Sequence record: SRR20825019_1762
Direction: 5' to 3' (one strand)
Length of the DNA: 20,000 bases
The translations under genes and the position numbers were made by a program. Shown in pieces: positions 11,825-20,000 of this stretch (its first letter is position 1; each line of letters opens with the position of its first letter). The notes beneath the pieces are model-generated. The model worked only from the letters and a program-made list of their open reading frames with translations. It made no database searches and was not told the DNA's origin.

Positions 11825-12859
11825 AACCACGCCCCTTTTAAGGGAAGATTCCCTTACCACTATTTCCGTTCCCAGTACTGTAATTTCGGAAAGGTCGGTA
11901 TCATAGGTGTTGGCGGAATGATCTAATATTCTTTTGGCAGAAATCGCTCCCATTTTACTTGCAGGGTGAGATATGGTCGACAGCGAAGGTTGCACGATGG
12001 AAGCAATGGGGTCATCGTTAAATCCGATTACCGCCAATTGTTCCGGCACATTAACCCCCATTTTCTTGGCACACATAATGGCACTCACCGCAGCGGTATC
12101 GTTGGCAGAAAAAATGCCGTCTGGTGGATTGCTCATTTTTAAAAGTTTTTTGGTCGCCTTGTTGCCTTCCTCAAAACTTAAGGTCTTAAAGTGGACTATC
12201 AAATTATCCTCAATGGGCAGACCGTGTTCACGAAGCGCATCCAAATACCCCTTTTTACGTTCCCGATATACATTTCTATGCTGTGCCCCTGCAAAATGCG
12301 CAATTCGTTTACAACCCTGTTCTATCAAATGCTTGGTTGCGGAATAACCCGCCGTGTAGTTATCGATGACGACTTTGTAGGAATTGAAATTATCCGGCAC
12401 CCTGTCCACAAAGACAATGGGTATGCCCTTGTCCACAAATTTTTGGAAATGGTCCATCTCCACGGTTTCCATGGAGAGTGAAACAATTAATCCGGTAATC
12501 CTGCTATCGTAAAGTGTGTTGCAATTACTTATTTCATTCTCATACTTATCGTTGGATTGACTTATAAGTACATTATGCCCCGCTTTTCGGGCGGTTTCCT
12601 CTATTCCACTGATCAAAGATGCCATAAATGGACGATTGATCCTGGAAATAAGGACTCCTATGGTATTGCTTTTGTTATTTCTTAGTCCAGCAGCCAAGTT
12701 ATTGGGACGATAGCCCATCTCTTCTGCCGCTTCCTTGATCAGCTTAATGGTTTTTTTGCTGATACTTTTATGATTGTTCAAGGCTCTCGAAATCGTCGAG
12801 GGAGAATAGTTCAATTCTTTGGCAAGATCGTAGATGGTAACCTCCTTTTTGATCTTCAT
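11810..12859 (-). CDS. LacI-family transcriptional regulator (probable hexuronate regulon repressor)
   Basis: N-terminal HTH VTIYDLAKELNYSPSTISRALN, hinge YRPNNLAAGL, and sugar-binding domain (VIGFND, PSLSTI, VVRESS). Confidence 0.93.
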   Translation of the reverse strand: MKIKKEVTIYDLAKELNYSPSTISRALNNHKSISKKTIKLIKEAAEEMGYRPNNLAAGLRNNKSNTIGVLISRINRPFMASLISGIEETARKAGHNVLISQSNDKYENEISNCNTLYDSRITGLIVSLSMETVEMDHFQKFVDKGIPIVFVDRVPDNFNSYKVVIDNYTAGYSATKHLIEQGCKRIAHFAGAQHRNVYRERKKGYLDALREHGLPIEDNLIVHFKTLSFEEGNKATKKLLKMSNPPDGIFSANDTAAVSAIMCAKKMGVNVPEQLAVIGFNDDPIASIVQPSLSTISHPASKMGAISAKRILDHSANTYDTDLSEITVLGTEIVVRESSLKRGVVLESE

Positions 12860-12922
12860 TGTTCAGATTTCGCTTAGGTTGTTCAAGTCGTGGAATTGTA
12901 ACAGACTTGAATTTTTATGTTG

Positions 12923-12930
12923 CTAAATTA
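12923..12930 (-). promoter_or_regulatory. Putative -7 promoter element for the lacI gene
   Basis: Minus strand TAATTTAG(CA), one mismatch to TAnnTTTG, about 64 bp upstream of the ATG. Confidence 0.4.
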
Positions 12931-12960
12931 ACTTTTACTTTCCTTTTAGAATAATTATTT

Positions 12961-12972
12961 GAAATCGATTTT
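12961..12972. promoter_or_regulatory. Weak LacI-type operator upstream of lacI (possible autoregulation)
   Basis: GAAATCGATTTT retains the AATCGATT core. Confidence 0.45.
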
Positions 12973-13067
12973 CAGAATTTGCCAAAATAGGGCTGTTCCA
13001 ATGAAGCAGAAATTCATTATCTCCCTAGAAATCTTTACTTCAACAAAGGAAATTTGAAAATTAATTT

Positions 13068-13095
13068 ACGCAATCGATTCCGTTAACTATATTTG
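13068..13095 (+). promoter_or_regulatory. LacI operator overlapping the symporter promoter
   Basis: ACGCAATCGATTCCGT (13068-13083) lies just upstream of an exact -7 box TATATTTG (13088-13095). Confidence 0.72.
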
Positions 13096-13295
13096 AAAAA
13101 AGATATGAAAAAATATGTACTTTTTAATTCATGGGGCAATCCGGCGTTCACGTTAAGCAATAAAATATACGTCGAACATACAAAACGGGATGGATTCAAG
13201 TAGGGACGCCATGTGTAATATTGAAAAGATCTTAGCCTTAAAAATATACGTCAAACCAATATATAAAACACTTCATTAACTAATCAAACTTAAAT

Positions 13296-14948
13296 ATGGA
13301 ATCAGTTTTAGAAAGGCCGGATTGGATAGTTCTGGGCATTTATTTTTTGGCCTTGATCGGCGTGGCCGTTTGGGTGGTATCCCAGAAGAACAAAAATACC
13401 GAAGACTATTTTTTGGCCGGTAGAAATGTAGGATGGTTTGTGATTGGAGCTTCCATTTTTGCTTCGAACATCGGCTCGGAACACGTTGTTGGCCTCGCAG
13501 GTACAGGGTTTGAAACAGGAACCCCAATGGCACATTACGAACTACATGCCTGGATTGTTCTTCTACTTGGCTGGTTGTTCCTACCTTTTTACATCCGAAG
13601 TGGTGCATTTACCATGCCTGAATTTTTAGAAAAAAGGTTCGATAGCCGTTCACGGTGGTTTTTGTCCATTTTCTCTTTGGTCGCCTATGTATTGACCAAG
13701 GTGTCGGTAACCATATATGCAGGAGGTATCGTTGTTTCCGAACTTTTGGGAATCCCATTTTGGTACGGAGCCATCGGTGTTGTGGTATTTACAGGAATCT
13801 ATACCGTGGTCGGCGGTATGAAAGCCGTGATTTATACGGAAACCTTACAGACCGTAATCCTGATTTTGGGCTCTTTAGTGATTACTTACCTAGGACTTAA
13901 AGAAGTAGGTGGCTGGGGACAACTGCACGAAACGGTAACATCTGTAAGCCCAGATCATTTTAATATGTGGAGACCCATGAGCGACCCCGATTTTCCATGG
14001 ACCGGATTGTTGTTCGGCGGTACCATTGTGGGTATTTGGTATTGGTGTACGGACCAATATATTGTACAACGTACTTTGGCCGCCAACAATATTAAAATTG
14101 GTAGACGAGGCGCCATTTTTGGAGCATATCTAAAATTGATGCCTATTTTGATTTTCTTGATCCCCGGTATCATTGCCTTTGCCTTAACGATTCAAAATCC
14201 TGAAGTTTTTAATGTGGACAGAGCGGACAGGGCCTTCCCCATGTTGGTAAAAACCCTTCTTCCTGTTGGATTAAAAGGTTTAGTTGCAGGTGGTCTTATG
14301 GCCGCATTGATGAGCTCTTTGGCATCCGTGTTCAATTCATGTTCCACAATCTTCACGATTGACATCTACAAAAAACTACGCCCGGAAAAATCTGAACGGG
14401 AACTTTTGACCATTGGTAAGGTGGCCACAGGTATCATTGTGGTATTGGGCATTATATGGATTCCAATCATGGACAAAATTGGAGGCGGTGTAATGTACCA
14501 ATACCTACAGAACGTACAATCCTATATTGCACCACCAGTGACCACCGTGTTCCTATTGGGCATTATATGGAAAAGGGTAAACTCCAAAGCGGCCATTACC
14601 ACTTTGTTGGCGGGATTATTCCTATTGATTCTGAGATTGGGCTCCGAAATCTATTATCAGCCAGAGATTGCAGCCGGAACCGAGGTGTCCGGTTTTCTGT
14701 TTGCGTTTGCTACGGTAAACTTTGCCCACATGGCCATCTTTATGTTTCTTTTTTCCGTAGCATTATGTATTGCTATCACTTTAGCAACCGCTCCACCAAA
14801 CTATGCAGCTATCAAAGGTCTGTCCTTTGGTACACTTTCGCCTGAAGACCGTTTAGACTCAAAAGATAGTTATAGTACCATCGATATTGTACTTTCGGTG
14901 CTCTTGGTGGTAATAGTAATAGGTATCCTTTCTTACTTTACTGGATAA
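13296..14948 (+). CDS. Sodium:solute symporter (SSS/SLC5, SGLT-like sugar transporter)
   Basis: Motifs DYFLAGR, SIFASNIGSEH.VGLAG, TMPEFLEKRF, GGMKAVIYT, WYWCTDQYIVQR and AALMSSLAS.FNS.STIFT.D. Confidence 0.93.
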   Translation: MESVLERPDWIVLGIYFLALIGVAVWVVSQKNKNTEDYFLAGRNVGWFVIGASIFASNIGSEHVVGLAGTGFETGTPMAHYELHAWIVLLLGWLFLPFYIRSGAFTMPEFLEKRFDSRSRWFLSIFSLVAYVLTKVSVTIYAGGIVVSELLGIPFWYGAIGVVVFTGIYTVVGGMKAVIYTETLQTVILILGSLVITYLGLKEVGGWGQLHETVTSVSPDHFNMWRPMSDPDFPWTGLLFGGTIVGIWYWCTDQYIVQRTLAANNIKIGRRGAIFGAYLKLMPILIFLIPGIIAFALTIQNPEVFNVDRADRAFPMLVKTLLPVGLKGLVAGGLMAALMSSLASVFNSCSTIFTIDIYKKLRPEKSERELLTIGKVATGIIVVLGIIWIPIMDKIGGGVMYQYLQNVQSYIAPPVTTVFLLGIIWKRVNSKAAITTLLAGLFLLILRLGSEIYYQPEIAAGTEVSGFLFAFATVNFAHMAIFMFLFSVALCIAITLATAPPNYAAIKGLSFGTLSPEDRLDSKDSYSTIDIVLSVLLVVIVIGILSYFTG

Positions 14949-14969
14949 TAATAGAAAAATCCATATGTT

Positions 14970-14997
14970 GAAAAGCCCCGGGATTCCGGGGCTTTTC
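14970..14997. terminator. Bidirectional intrinsic terminator between the symporter and kdgK
   Basis: Perfect 12-bp stem GAAAAGCCCCGG-GATT-CCGGGGCTTTTC. Confidence 0.88.
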
Positions 14998-15037
14998 TTA
15001 TTCATGCTGTTCGGTTAATTTTTCTTCATCGATTTAC

Positions 15038-15049
15038 ACAATCGATTGT
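15038..15049. promoter_or_regulatory. Operator-like palindrome downstream of both convergent genes
   Basis: ACAATCGATTGT is a perfect palindrome; a second ATCGAT core sits at 15028-15033. Confidence 0.5.
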
Positions 15050-15069
15050 ATAGATAGGTAAATAAAAAA

Positions 15070-16107
15070 TTATCTTGCCACTCTTCCCGATGCGTCTCCT
15101 TCCATAAGCTTTTCCACCTCGGCAATTGTAGCCAGATTCGCATCACCATAAATGGTATGCTTTAAACAGGATGCCGCTACCGCGAATTCCAACGCTTTCT
15201 GATCATCGTTGTAGGTGTTCAATCCATATATCAAACCTCCCATAAAACTATCACCACCTCCTACTCTATCCACAATATGTGTAATTTGATAGGTTGGTGA
15301 TTTATACATTTTTTCACCATCATACATTACCCCTGCCCATGTGTTGTGCGATGCGCTAATGGAACCTCTTAAGGTTGTAATGACCTTTTTGGCTCGTGGG
15401 AATCTTTCCATCATTTGCTCACAGACAGATAAAAATGCTTCTGCCGTTACATCTTTACCATCTTTATGGACATCCAGTCCTTTGGGGTGAATACCAAAAT
15501 GTTTATGGGCATCTTCTTCGTTGCCGAGAATCACATCACAATAAGAAACCAAAGACGTCATGATGGTTTCTGGTTCCACGCCATACTTCCACAACTTGGC
15601 CCGGTAGTTCAAATCCGTTGAAATGGTGAGCCCCATTTCGCTGGCTACTTTAACTGCTTCTAAACATGCATCTGCGGCGCCTTGCGAAATGGCCGGAGTA
15701 ATCCCCGTCCAATGGAACCAATGTGCATCTTTAAAAACTTCTTTCCAATCTATCATTCCCGGTTGAATTTCGGCCATAGCGGAATGCGCACGATCATAAA
15801 CCACCTTGCTCCCTCTACTTACGGCACCCGTTTCCAGAAAATAGATTCCAAGTCTATCGCCACCATACACAATATGATTGGTACCTACGTTCCGCTTTCT
15901 CATTTCCATGAGCGCACATTCCCCAATATCATTTTTGGGCAAACGTGTCACAAACTCCACCGGAAGCCCATAATTGGCCAAGGATACCGCCACGTTGGAC
16001 TCACCGCCCCCATAAATGGCATTAAACTCCGAGGCTTGGGAAAACCTCAGGTTTTCTTTGGGGGCCAAACGGAGCATAATCTCTCCAAATGTTACTATTT
16101 TTTTCAT
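15070..16107 (-). CDS. kdgK: 2-keto-3-deoxygluconate kinase (PfkB family); start 16107 or 16128
   Basis: Motifs KIVTFGEIMLRL, GGGESNVA, DLNYRAKLW and IVDRVGGGDSF; C-terminal SGRVAR. Confidence 0.92.
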   Translation of the reverse strand: MKKIVTFGEIMLRLAPKENLRFSQASEFNAIYGGGESNVAVSLANYGLPVEFVTRLPKNDIGECALMEMRKRNVGTNHIVYGGDRLGIYFLETGAVSRGSKVVYDRAHSAMAEIQPGMIDWKEVFKDAHWFHWTGITPAISQGAADACLEAVKVASEMGLTISTDLNYRAKLWKYGVEPETIMTSLVSYCDVILGNEEDAHKHFGIHPKGLDVHKDGKDVTAEAFLSVCEQMMERFPRAKKVITTLRGSISASHNTWAGVMYDGEKMYKSPTYQITHIVDRVGGGDSFMGGLIYGLNTYNDDQKALEFAVAASCLKHTIYGDANLATIAEVEKLMEGDASGRVAR

Positions 16108-16324
16108 TTTGTCTGTTTTGTTAAACATAGTTTACTACACTTAGCAAACTAACATATTCTTGGTAAATACCTATGTCAATCCATGATGATTTTTTAACAA
16201 ACGAAAGGTTTGTTTTGATATTCAAAAGCGGGAAAACCTATAGACGTATCAACAAAAAAACTTCAACCAACAGTCCAAGGAATAAATGACAGATGTTGGT
16301 TATCTTTAACTTTTAATCATTTAT

Positions 16325-16963
16325 ATGTCTTTAGAAAAATATATCGACCACACCAGTTTAAAGCCCACAGCCACCACTGCGGATATTGAAGCATTGTGCA
16401 AAGAGGCCATTGAGTATAATTTTTATGCCGTTTGCGTTAACGGCTGTTATGTGTCTTCGGCTAAAAATGTGCTGAGGGGAACACATATAAAAATTGCTGC
16501 CGTAGTCGGTTTTCCATTGGGAGCTATGTCTTCCAAGGCAAAAGTACTGGAAGCGGTCGACTGTATTGAAAATGGTGCGGATGAAATAGATATGGTAATT
16601 AATATTGGATTGTTGAAGTCGAAAGATTATGATGCCGTTAGAGCTGAAATCGAAGCGATAAAAAAAGCCATAGGCGACCATGTATTAAAAGTAATTATCG
16701 AAACATGCTCCCTTACGAATGAGGAAAAAGAAACAGCCTGTACTTTAGCTGTTGAAGCAAAGGCGGATTTTGTAAAAACCTCTACAGGATTTGGAACTGG
16801 AGGCGCCACTTTGGAAGATGTCGCACTCATGAAAAGGGTGGTTGGAGACAGTGCAAAGATTAAAGCCTCCGGGGGAATTAAAACCCATGAACAGGCCTTA
16901 AAATTCATAGAGCTTGGTGTATCAAGAATCGGAACCTCATCAGGTCCATCATTAATCCAATAA
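16325..16963 (+). CDS. deoC: Deoxyribose-phosphate aldolase
   Basis: Motifs YIDHT.LKP, VVGFPLG, GADEIDMV, KVIIET, FVKTSTGF, IKASGG and RIGTSSG. Confidence 0.96.
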   Translation: MSLEKYIDHTSLKPTATTADIEALCKEAIEYNFYAVCVNGCYVSSAKNVLRGTHIKIAAVVGFPLGAMSSKAKVLEAVDCIENGADEIDMVINIGLLKSKDYDAVRAEIEAIKKAIGDHVLKVIIETCSLTNEEKETACTLAVEAKADFVKTSTGFGTGGATLEDVALMKRVVGDSAKIKASGGIKTHEQALKFIELGVSRIGTSSGPSLIQ

Positions 16964-16972
16964 AAACATATA

Positions 16973-17677
16973 ATGAGCACCCATATTGAAGCCCAACAAG
17001 GAGAGATTGCCGACGTCGTCCTGATGCCCGGAGACCCCCTGCGTGCCAAATGGATTGCAGAAACCTTTCTTGATGATTCCTTTTGCTATAATAAGGTACG
17101 GGGAATGCTAGGCTATACCGGGACCTACAAAGGCCAAAGAATCTCTGTTCAAGGTAGCGGTATGGGCATACCCTCTGCTATGATTTATTTTCATGAGCTC
17201 ATTCAGGATTATGGGGCCAAAAACATTATCCGTGTAGGCTCTGCCGGTTCATACCAAGAAAATGTAAAAATAAACGACGTGGTATTGGCGATGGCCGCCT
17301 CCACCACGTCGGGAATCAATAGCTCAAGATTTATCCATTCCAACTATTCCCCTACCGCTAACTTCGAGCTTTTTATTAAAGCTGTGGACTACGCACAGGA
17401 ACATAAGATTCCCATAAAAGCAGGCAATGTCCTTTCTTCTGATGAATTTTATGTGGATGATCCAGAGGAATATAAACTTTGGGCCCAATACGGTGTTCTG
17501 TGTGTGGAAATGGAAACAGCAGGTCTTTACACTATAGCGGCAAAGTATAACATAAGGGCATTGAGCATACTTACCATTTCAGATTCTTTGGTCACACGGG
17601 AAAAGTTGTCGGCACAAGCGCGCGAAAGATCCTTTACCAATATGATTGAAATCGCTTTGGCCACGGCTTTGCATTAA
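16973..17677 (+). CDS. deoD: Purine nucleoside phosphorylase (hexameric DeoD type)
   Basis: Motifs VLMPGDPLRAKWIAE, VRGMLGYTG, GMGIPS, IRVGSAG and VEME. Confidence 0.95.
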   Translation: MSTHIEAQQGEIADVVLMPGDPLRAKWIAETFLDDSFCYNKVRGMLGYTGTYKGQRISVQGSGMGIPSAMIYFHELIQDYGAKNIIRVGSAGSYQENVKINDVVLAMAASTTSGINSSRFIHSNYSPTANFELFIKAVDYAQEHKIPIKAGNVLSSDEFYVDDPEEYKLWAQYGVLCVEMETAGLYTIAAKYNIRALSILTISDSLVTREKLSAQARERSFTNMIEIALATALH

Positions 17678-17679
17678 GA

Positions 17680-18951
17680 TCATGCTTTAGGGTCTTCGTC
17701 TTCAACAGGAACAAAATCCTTTGAAACGGGAAGCTCAAAAATCTCCAAAGAAAAATATGGTAGAGCAGCGAGCAGATGATCAAATATATCGGCCAACACA
17801 TATTCATAATTTTCCCATCTTTTATCTGAACTGAACGCATAAATCTCCAAAGGAATGCCCTGTGGTGTAGGTTGTAACTGCCTTACCATCAAGGTCATGC
17901 TCTTATTGATGGCAGAGTGACCTTCCAAATAAGTCGTCACGTACTTCCGAAAAACACCGAAATTGGTGAGATTTCTTCCGTTTACCAATAATTCTTTATT
18001 GATTTTGTTATCTTGGTTGTAGGCTTTGATCTGTTCGTTTCTGGCACCAATATAAGCTTCCACCAATTGTATTTTCTTAAGCTTCTCCACTTCTTCTTCG
18101 GTTAAGAAACGAATGCTTTTTTGCCTTATGATCAATGACCTTTTGATTCGCCTTCCTCCCGAAACCTGCATGCTCCTCCAGTTCTTGAAGGAATCGGAAA
18201 TCAATGCATAAGTGGGAATGGTAGTAATGGTCATGTCAAAATTCCTGACTTTGACCGTTGCCAAGCTGATCTCTACCACATCACCATCGGCACCATATTT
18301 CTCAAAAGTGATCCAGTCCCCAATCCGGACCATATCGTTTATGGTTACCTGTATACTGGCCACCAAACCTAAAATCGAGTCTTTGAAAATAAGCAGTATC
18401 ACTGCTGAAGCTGCGCCCAATGCCGTAAAGAACTTCCAGACGGTAGTACCCGTAACAATAGCGAAAATGGTAAGTATCCCCACTATCCATGCAAAAATCA
18501 TGAATACTTGGACATAACTGTTTATTGGCTTGTCCCTAAATTTGGCGCGGGTTTTTAAATAGCCGTTTACACTTTGGAAAAACTTACGGAAGATGATCAA
18601 GACCAAAAGAACAAAGAGAATTTTAATGGTCTTCAGTGCTATGGCCTCTGCGTAATCGAAATCTTCGAAGGCTACGGGAACAAATTCCATAAGAATGGTC
18701 AAAGGAACTACATGTGCCACATATCGGGGAACCCTATGGGCCACCAAAAAGTTGTCAAAATTGTTCTTTGATTTTCTGGCCAAGCTTACCGATAATCCCC
18801 TGAGAATTTTCCAAATCAGTACATCGAGCAAGAGCACCAGTATTAGGCCCACCAACATCAGCACAATCAAATTGATGTAAGTGGCAATGCCTTCTGCCAT
18901 TCCCAACTCAATCAGATAGTTATAAAGCAAACGACCTAAATCCTTGTCCAT
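17680..18951 (-). CDS. MscS-family mechanosensitive channel (YbdG/MscM-like)
   Basis: Motifs FKDSILGLVASIQ, DMVRIGDWI, TVKVRNFD.TITTIPTY.LISDSFKNWR, GGRRIKRS and LTNFGVFR. Confidence 0.92.
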   Translation of the reverse strand: MDKDLGRLLYNYLIELGMAEGIATYINLIVLMLVGLILVLLLDVLIWKILRGLSVSLARKSKNNFDNFLVAHRVPRYVAHVVPLTILMEFVPVAFEDFDYAEAIALKTIKILFVLLVLIIFRKFFQSVNGYLKTRAKFRDKPINSYVQVFMIFAWIVGILTIFAIVTGTTVWKFFTALGAASAVILLIFKDSILGLVASIQVTINDMVRIGDWITFEKYGADGDVVEISLATVKVRNFDMTITTIPTYALISDSFKNWRSMQVSGGRRIKRSLIIRQKSIRFLTEEEVEKLKKIQLVEAYIGARNEQIKAYNQDNKINKELLVNGRNLTNFGVFRKYVTTYLEGHSAINKSMTLMVRQLQPTPQGIPLEIYAFSSDKRWENYEYVLADIFDHLLAALPYFSLEIFELPVSKDFVPVEDEDPKA

Positions 18952-18977
18952 AGTTTTTCTTTGAAAGAAATATGGTA

Positions 18978-19007
18978 CAAAATTAAGGAATCTAATCCTG
19001 CTCCCAA
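18978..19007 (-). promoter_or_regulatory. Putative promoter of the MscS gene
   Basis: Exact -7 TAATTTTG (18985-18978), with TTG 19 bp upstream (19007-19005). Confidence 0.55.
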
Positions 19008-19061
19008 TAGTTACGATTCATGATTTTATTTCAGAGCACAGGGTGTTGACTTGATTTTATG

Positions 19062-20000
19062 CTACTTCAAAGAATCCAAGATTTTTTTAAAGATCTCCGT
19101 ATTTTCATAAACTCCGTTAAAATTAATGGCTCCAGGTCCATAGGCAAATACAGGCACCATGATTCCCGTATGGTCTATTGTTAAGAAATCGCCCTGGACC
19201 GTACCCGTTTCTAGATTTCCACCCACTATTCCAAAACCGGATGTCTCGTGATCTGCAGTAATAATCACAAGGGTATTCTTATTGGAGTCCGCAAATTTTA
19301 TAGCTTCTGCAATGGCGCGATCAAAGTCCAACATTTCAAGAATAATATCGCTCGTACTGTTGGAGTGACCACCGTTATCAATCTGCGCACCTTCTACCAT
19401 TAAAAAGAATGGGGCTTTTTGTGAATCCAAAACCTGAAGCGTTTTGGCAACACTTTTGGGAAGTGCGTTTCCTCTACCGTTTGACATGGATGGTGCCTTA
19501 TTGTCCCCTAGATAGATTGCTGTTGGTTCGTCCAATCCACTGAAAGAAGAAAGGTCTGTGGTGGAAAATTTTTCTTCAATACTTTTCTTTTCTCCTTCAC
19601 CACCGGCAACAAAAAGATTTAACTGACTGCGTTTTAAATCCTCTACCAGACCCGGGGTGTCATCCCGTTCTACCCTGTGGGCATAGAAAGATGACGGCGT
19701 GGCACCATAAATAGCATCTGTTGAAACTATGGCGGTGTTAAAATCTTTCTTGCTCAGCTCATCAGTTAAATTGGGTAAACTTTCACCATTTGGTCCCACA
19801 CCAATTGCACGGTTATTGGTCTTTTTCCCTGTGGCCATAGCGGTAGCCCCGGCCGCCGAATCGGTAACCAAGTCGTCATAAGAAGCCGTTTTAGACAACC
19901 CGATGTTTTTTAATGAAGTTATGGTAAGATGCCCCCTATTGGCAATCATGGCTGATGAAATCTGGGCAAGACCGTTTCCATCTCCTATCATTAAAATGAT
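19062..20000 (-). CDS. Alkaline phosphatase (PhoA-like), C-terminal part, 5' truncated by the window edge
   Basis: Frame is open to base 20000 (IILMIGDG). Motifs TDSAAGATA (catalytic Ser), EGAQIDNGGH, TADHET and DHT. Confidence 0.9.
   Translation of the reverse strand: MILMIGDGNGLAQISSAMIANRGHLTITSLKNIGLSKTASYDDLVTDSAAGATAMATGKKTNNRAIGVGPNGESLPNLTDELSKKDFNTAIVSTDAIYGATPSSFYAHRVERDDTPGLVEDLKRSQLNLFVAGGEGEKKSIEEKFSTTDLSSFSGLDEPTAIYLGDNKAPSMSNGRGNALPKSVAKTLQVLDSQKAPFFLMVEGAQIDNGGHSNSTSDIILEMLDFDRAIAEAIKFADSNKNTLVIITADHETSGFGIVGGNLETGTVQGDFLTIDHTGIMVPVFAYGPGAINFNGVYENTEIFKKILDSLK

Noticed and set aside
17677..17680. deoD and the MscS gene converge with a 2-bp gap
   Set aside because: Ordinary compaction with no evident functional link.

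Overview
Chromosomal window from a Bacteroidota bacterium, most likely Flavobacteriaceae (TAnnTTTG-type promoters, no Shine-Dalgarno motifs, gene content). Bases 1-16,128 form a glucuronoxylan/hexuronate utilisation locus. It holds a partial SGNH acetylesterase and a minus-strand operon of GH67 alpha-glucuronidase, an SDR reductase, uxuA and a GH43 split by a single-base frameshift. A divergent plus-strand operon carries uxaC, eda and a TRAP transporter (dctPQM), followed by a LacI-family repressor, a sodium:solute symporter and kdgK. A palindromic LacI-type operator (core CAATCGATTG) recurs in the intergenic regions, including one copy stranded between two 3' ends. The right end is housekeeping: deoC-deoD, an MscS channel and a partial alkaline phosphatase. 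I see no mobile elements, CRISPR, RNA genes or defence systems. I do not find a clearly new biological system. The best leads are the operator/regulon, the GH43 frameshift, a candidate SDR-type fructuronate reductase and a possible route for 4-O-methylglucuronate catabolism.
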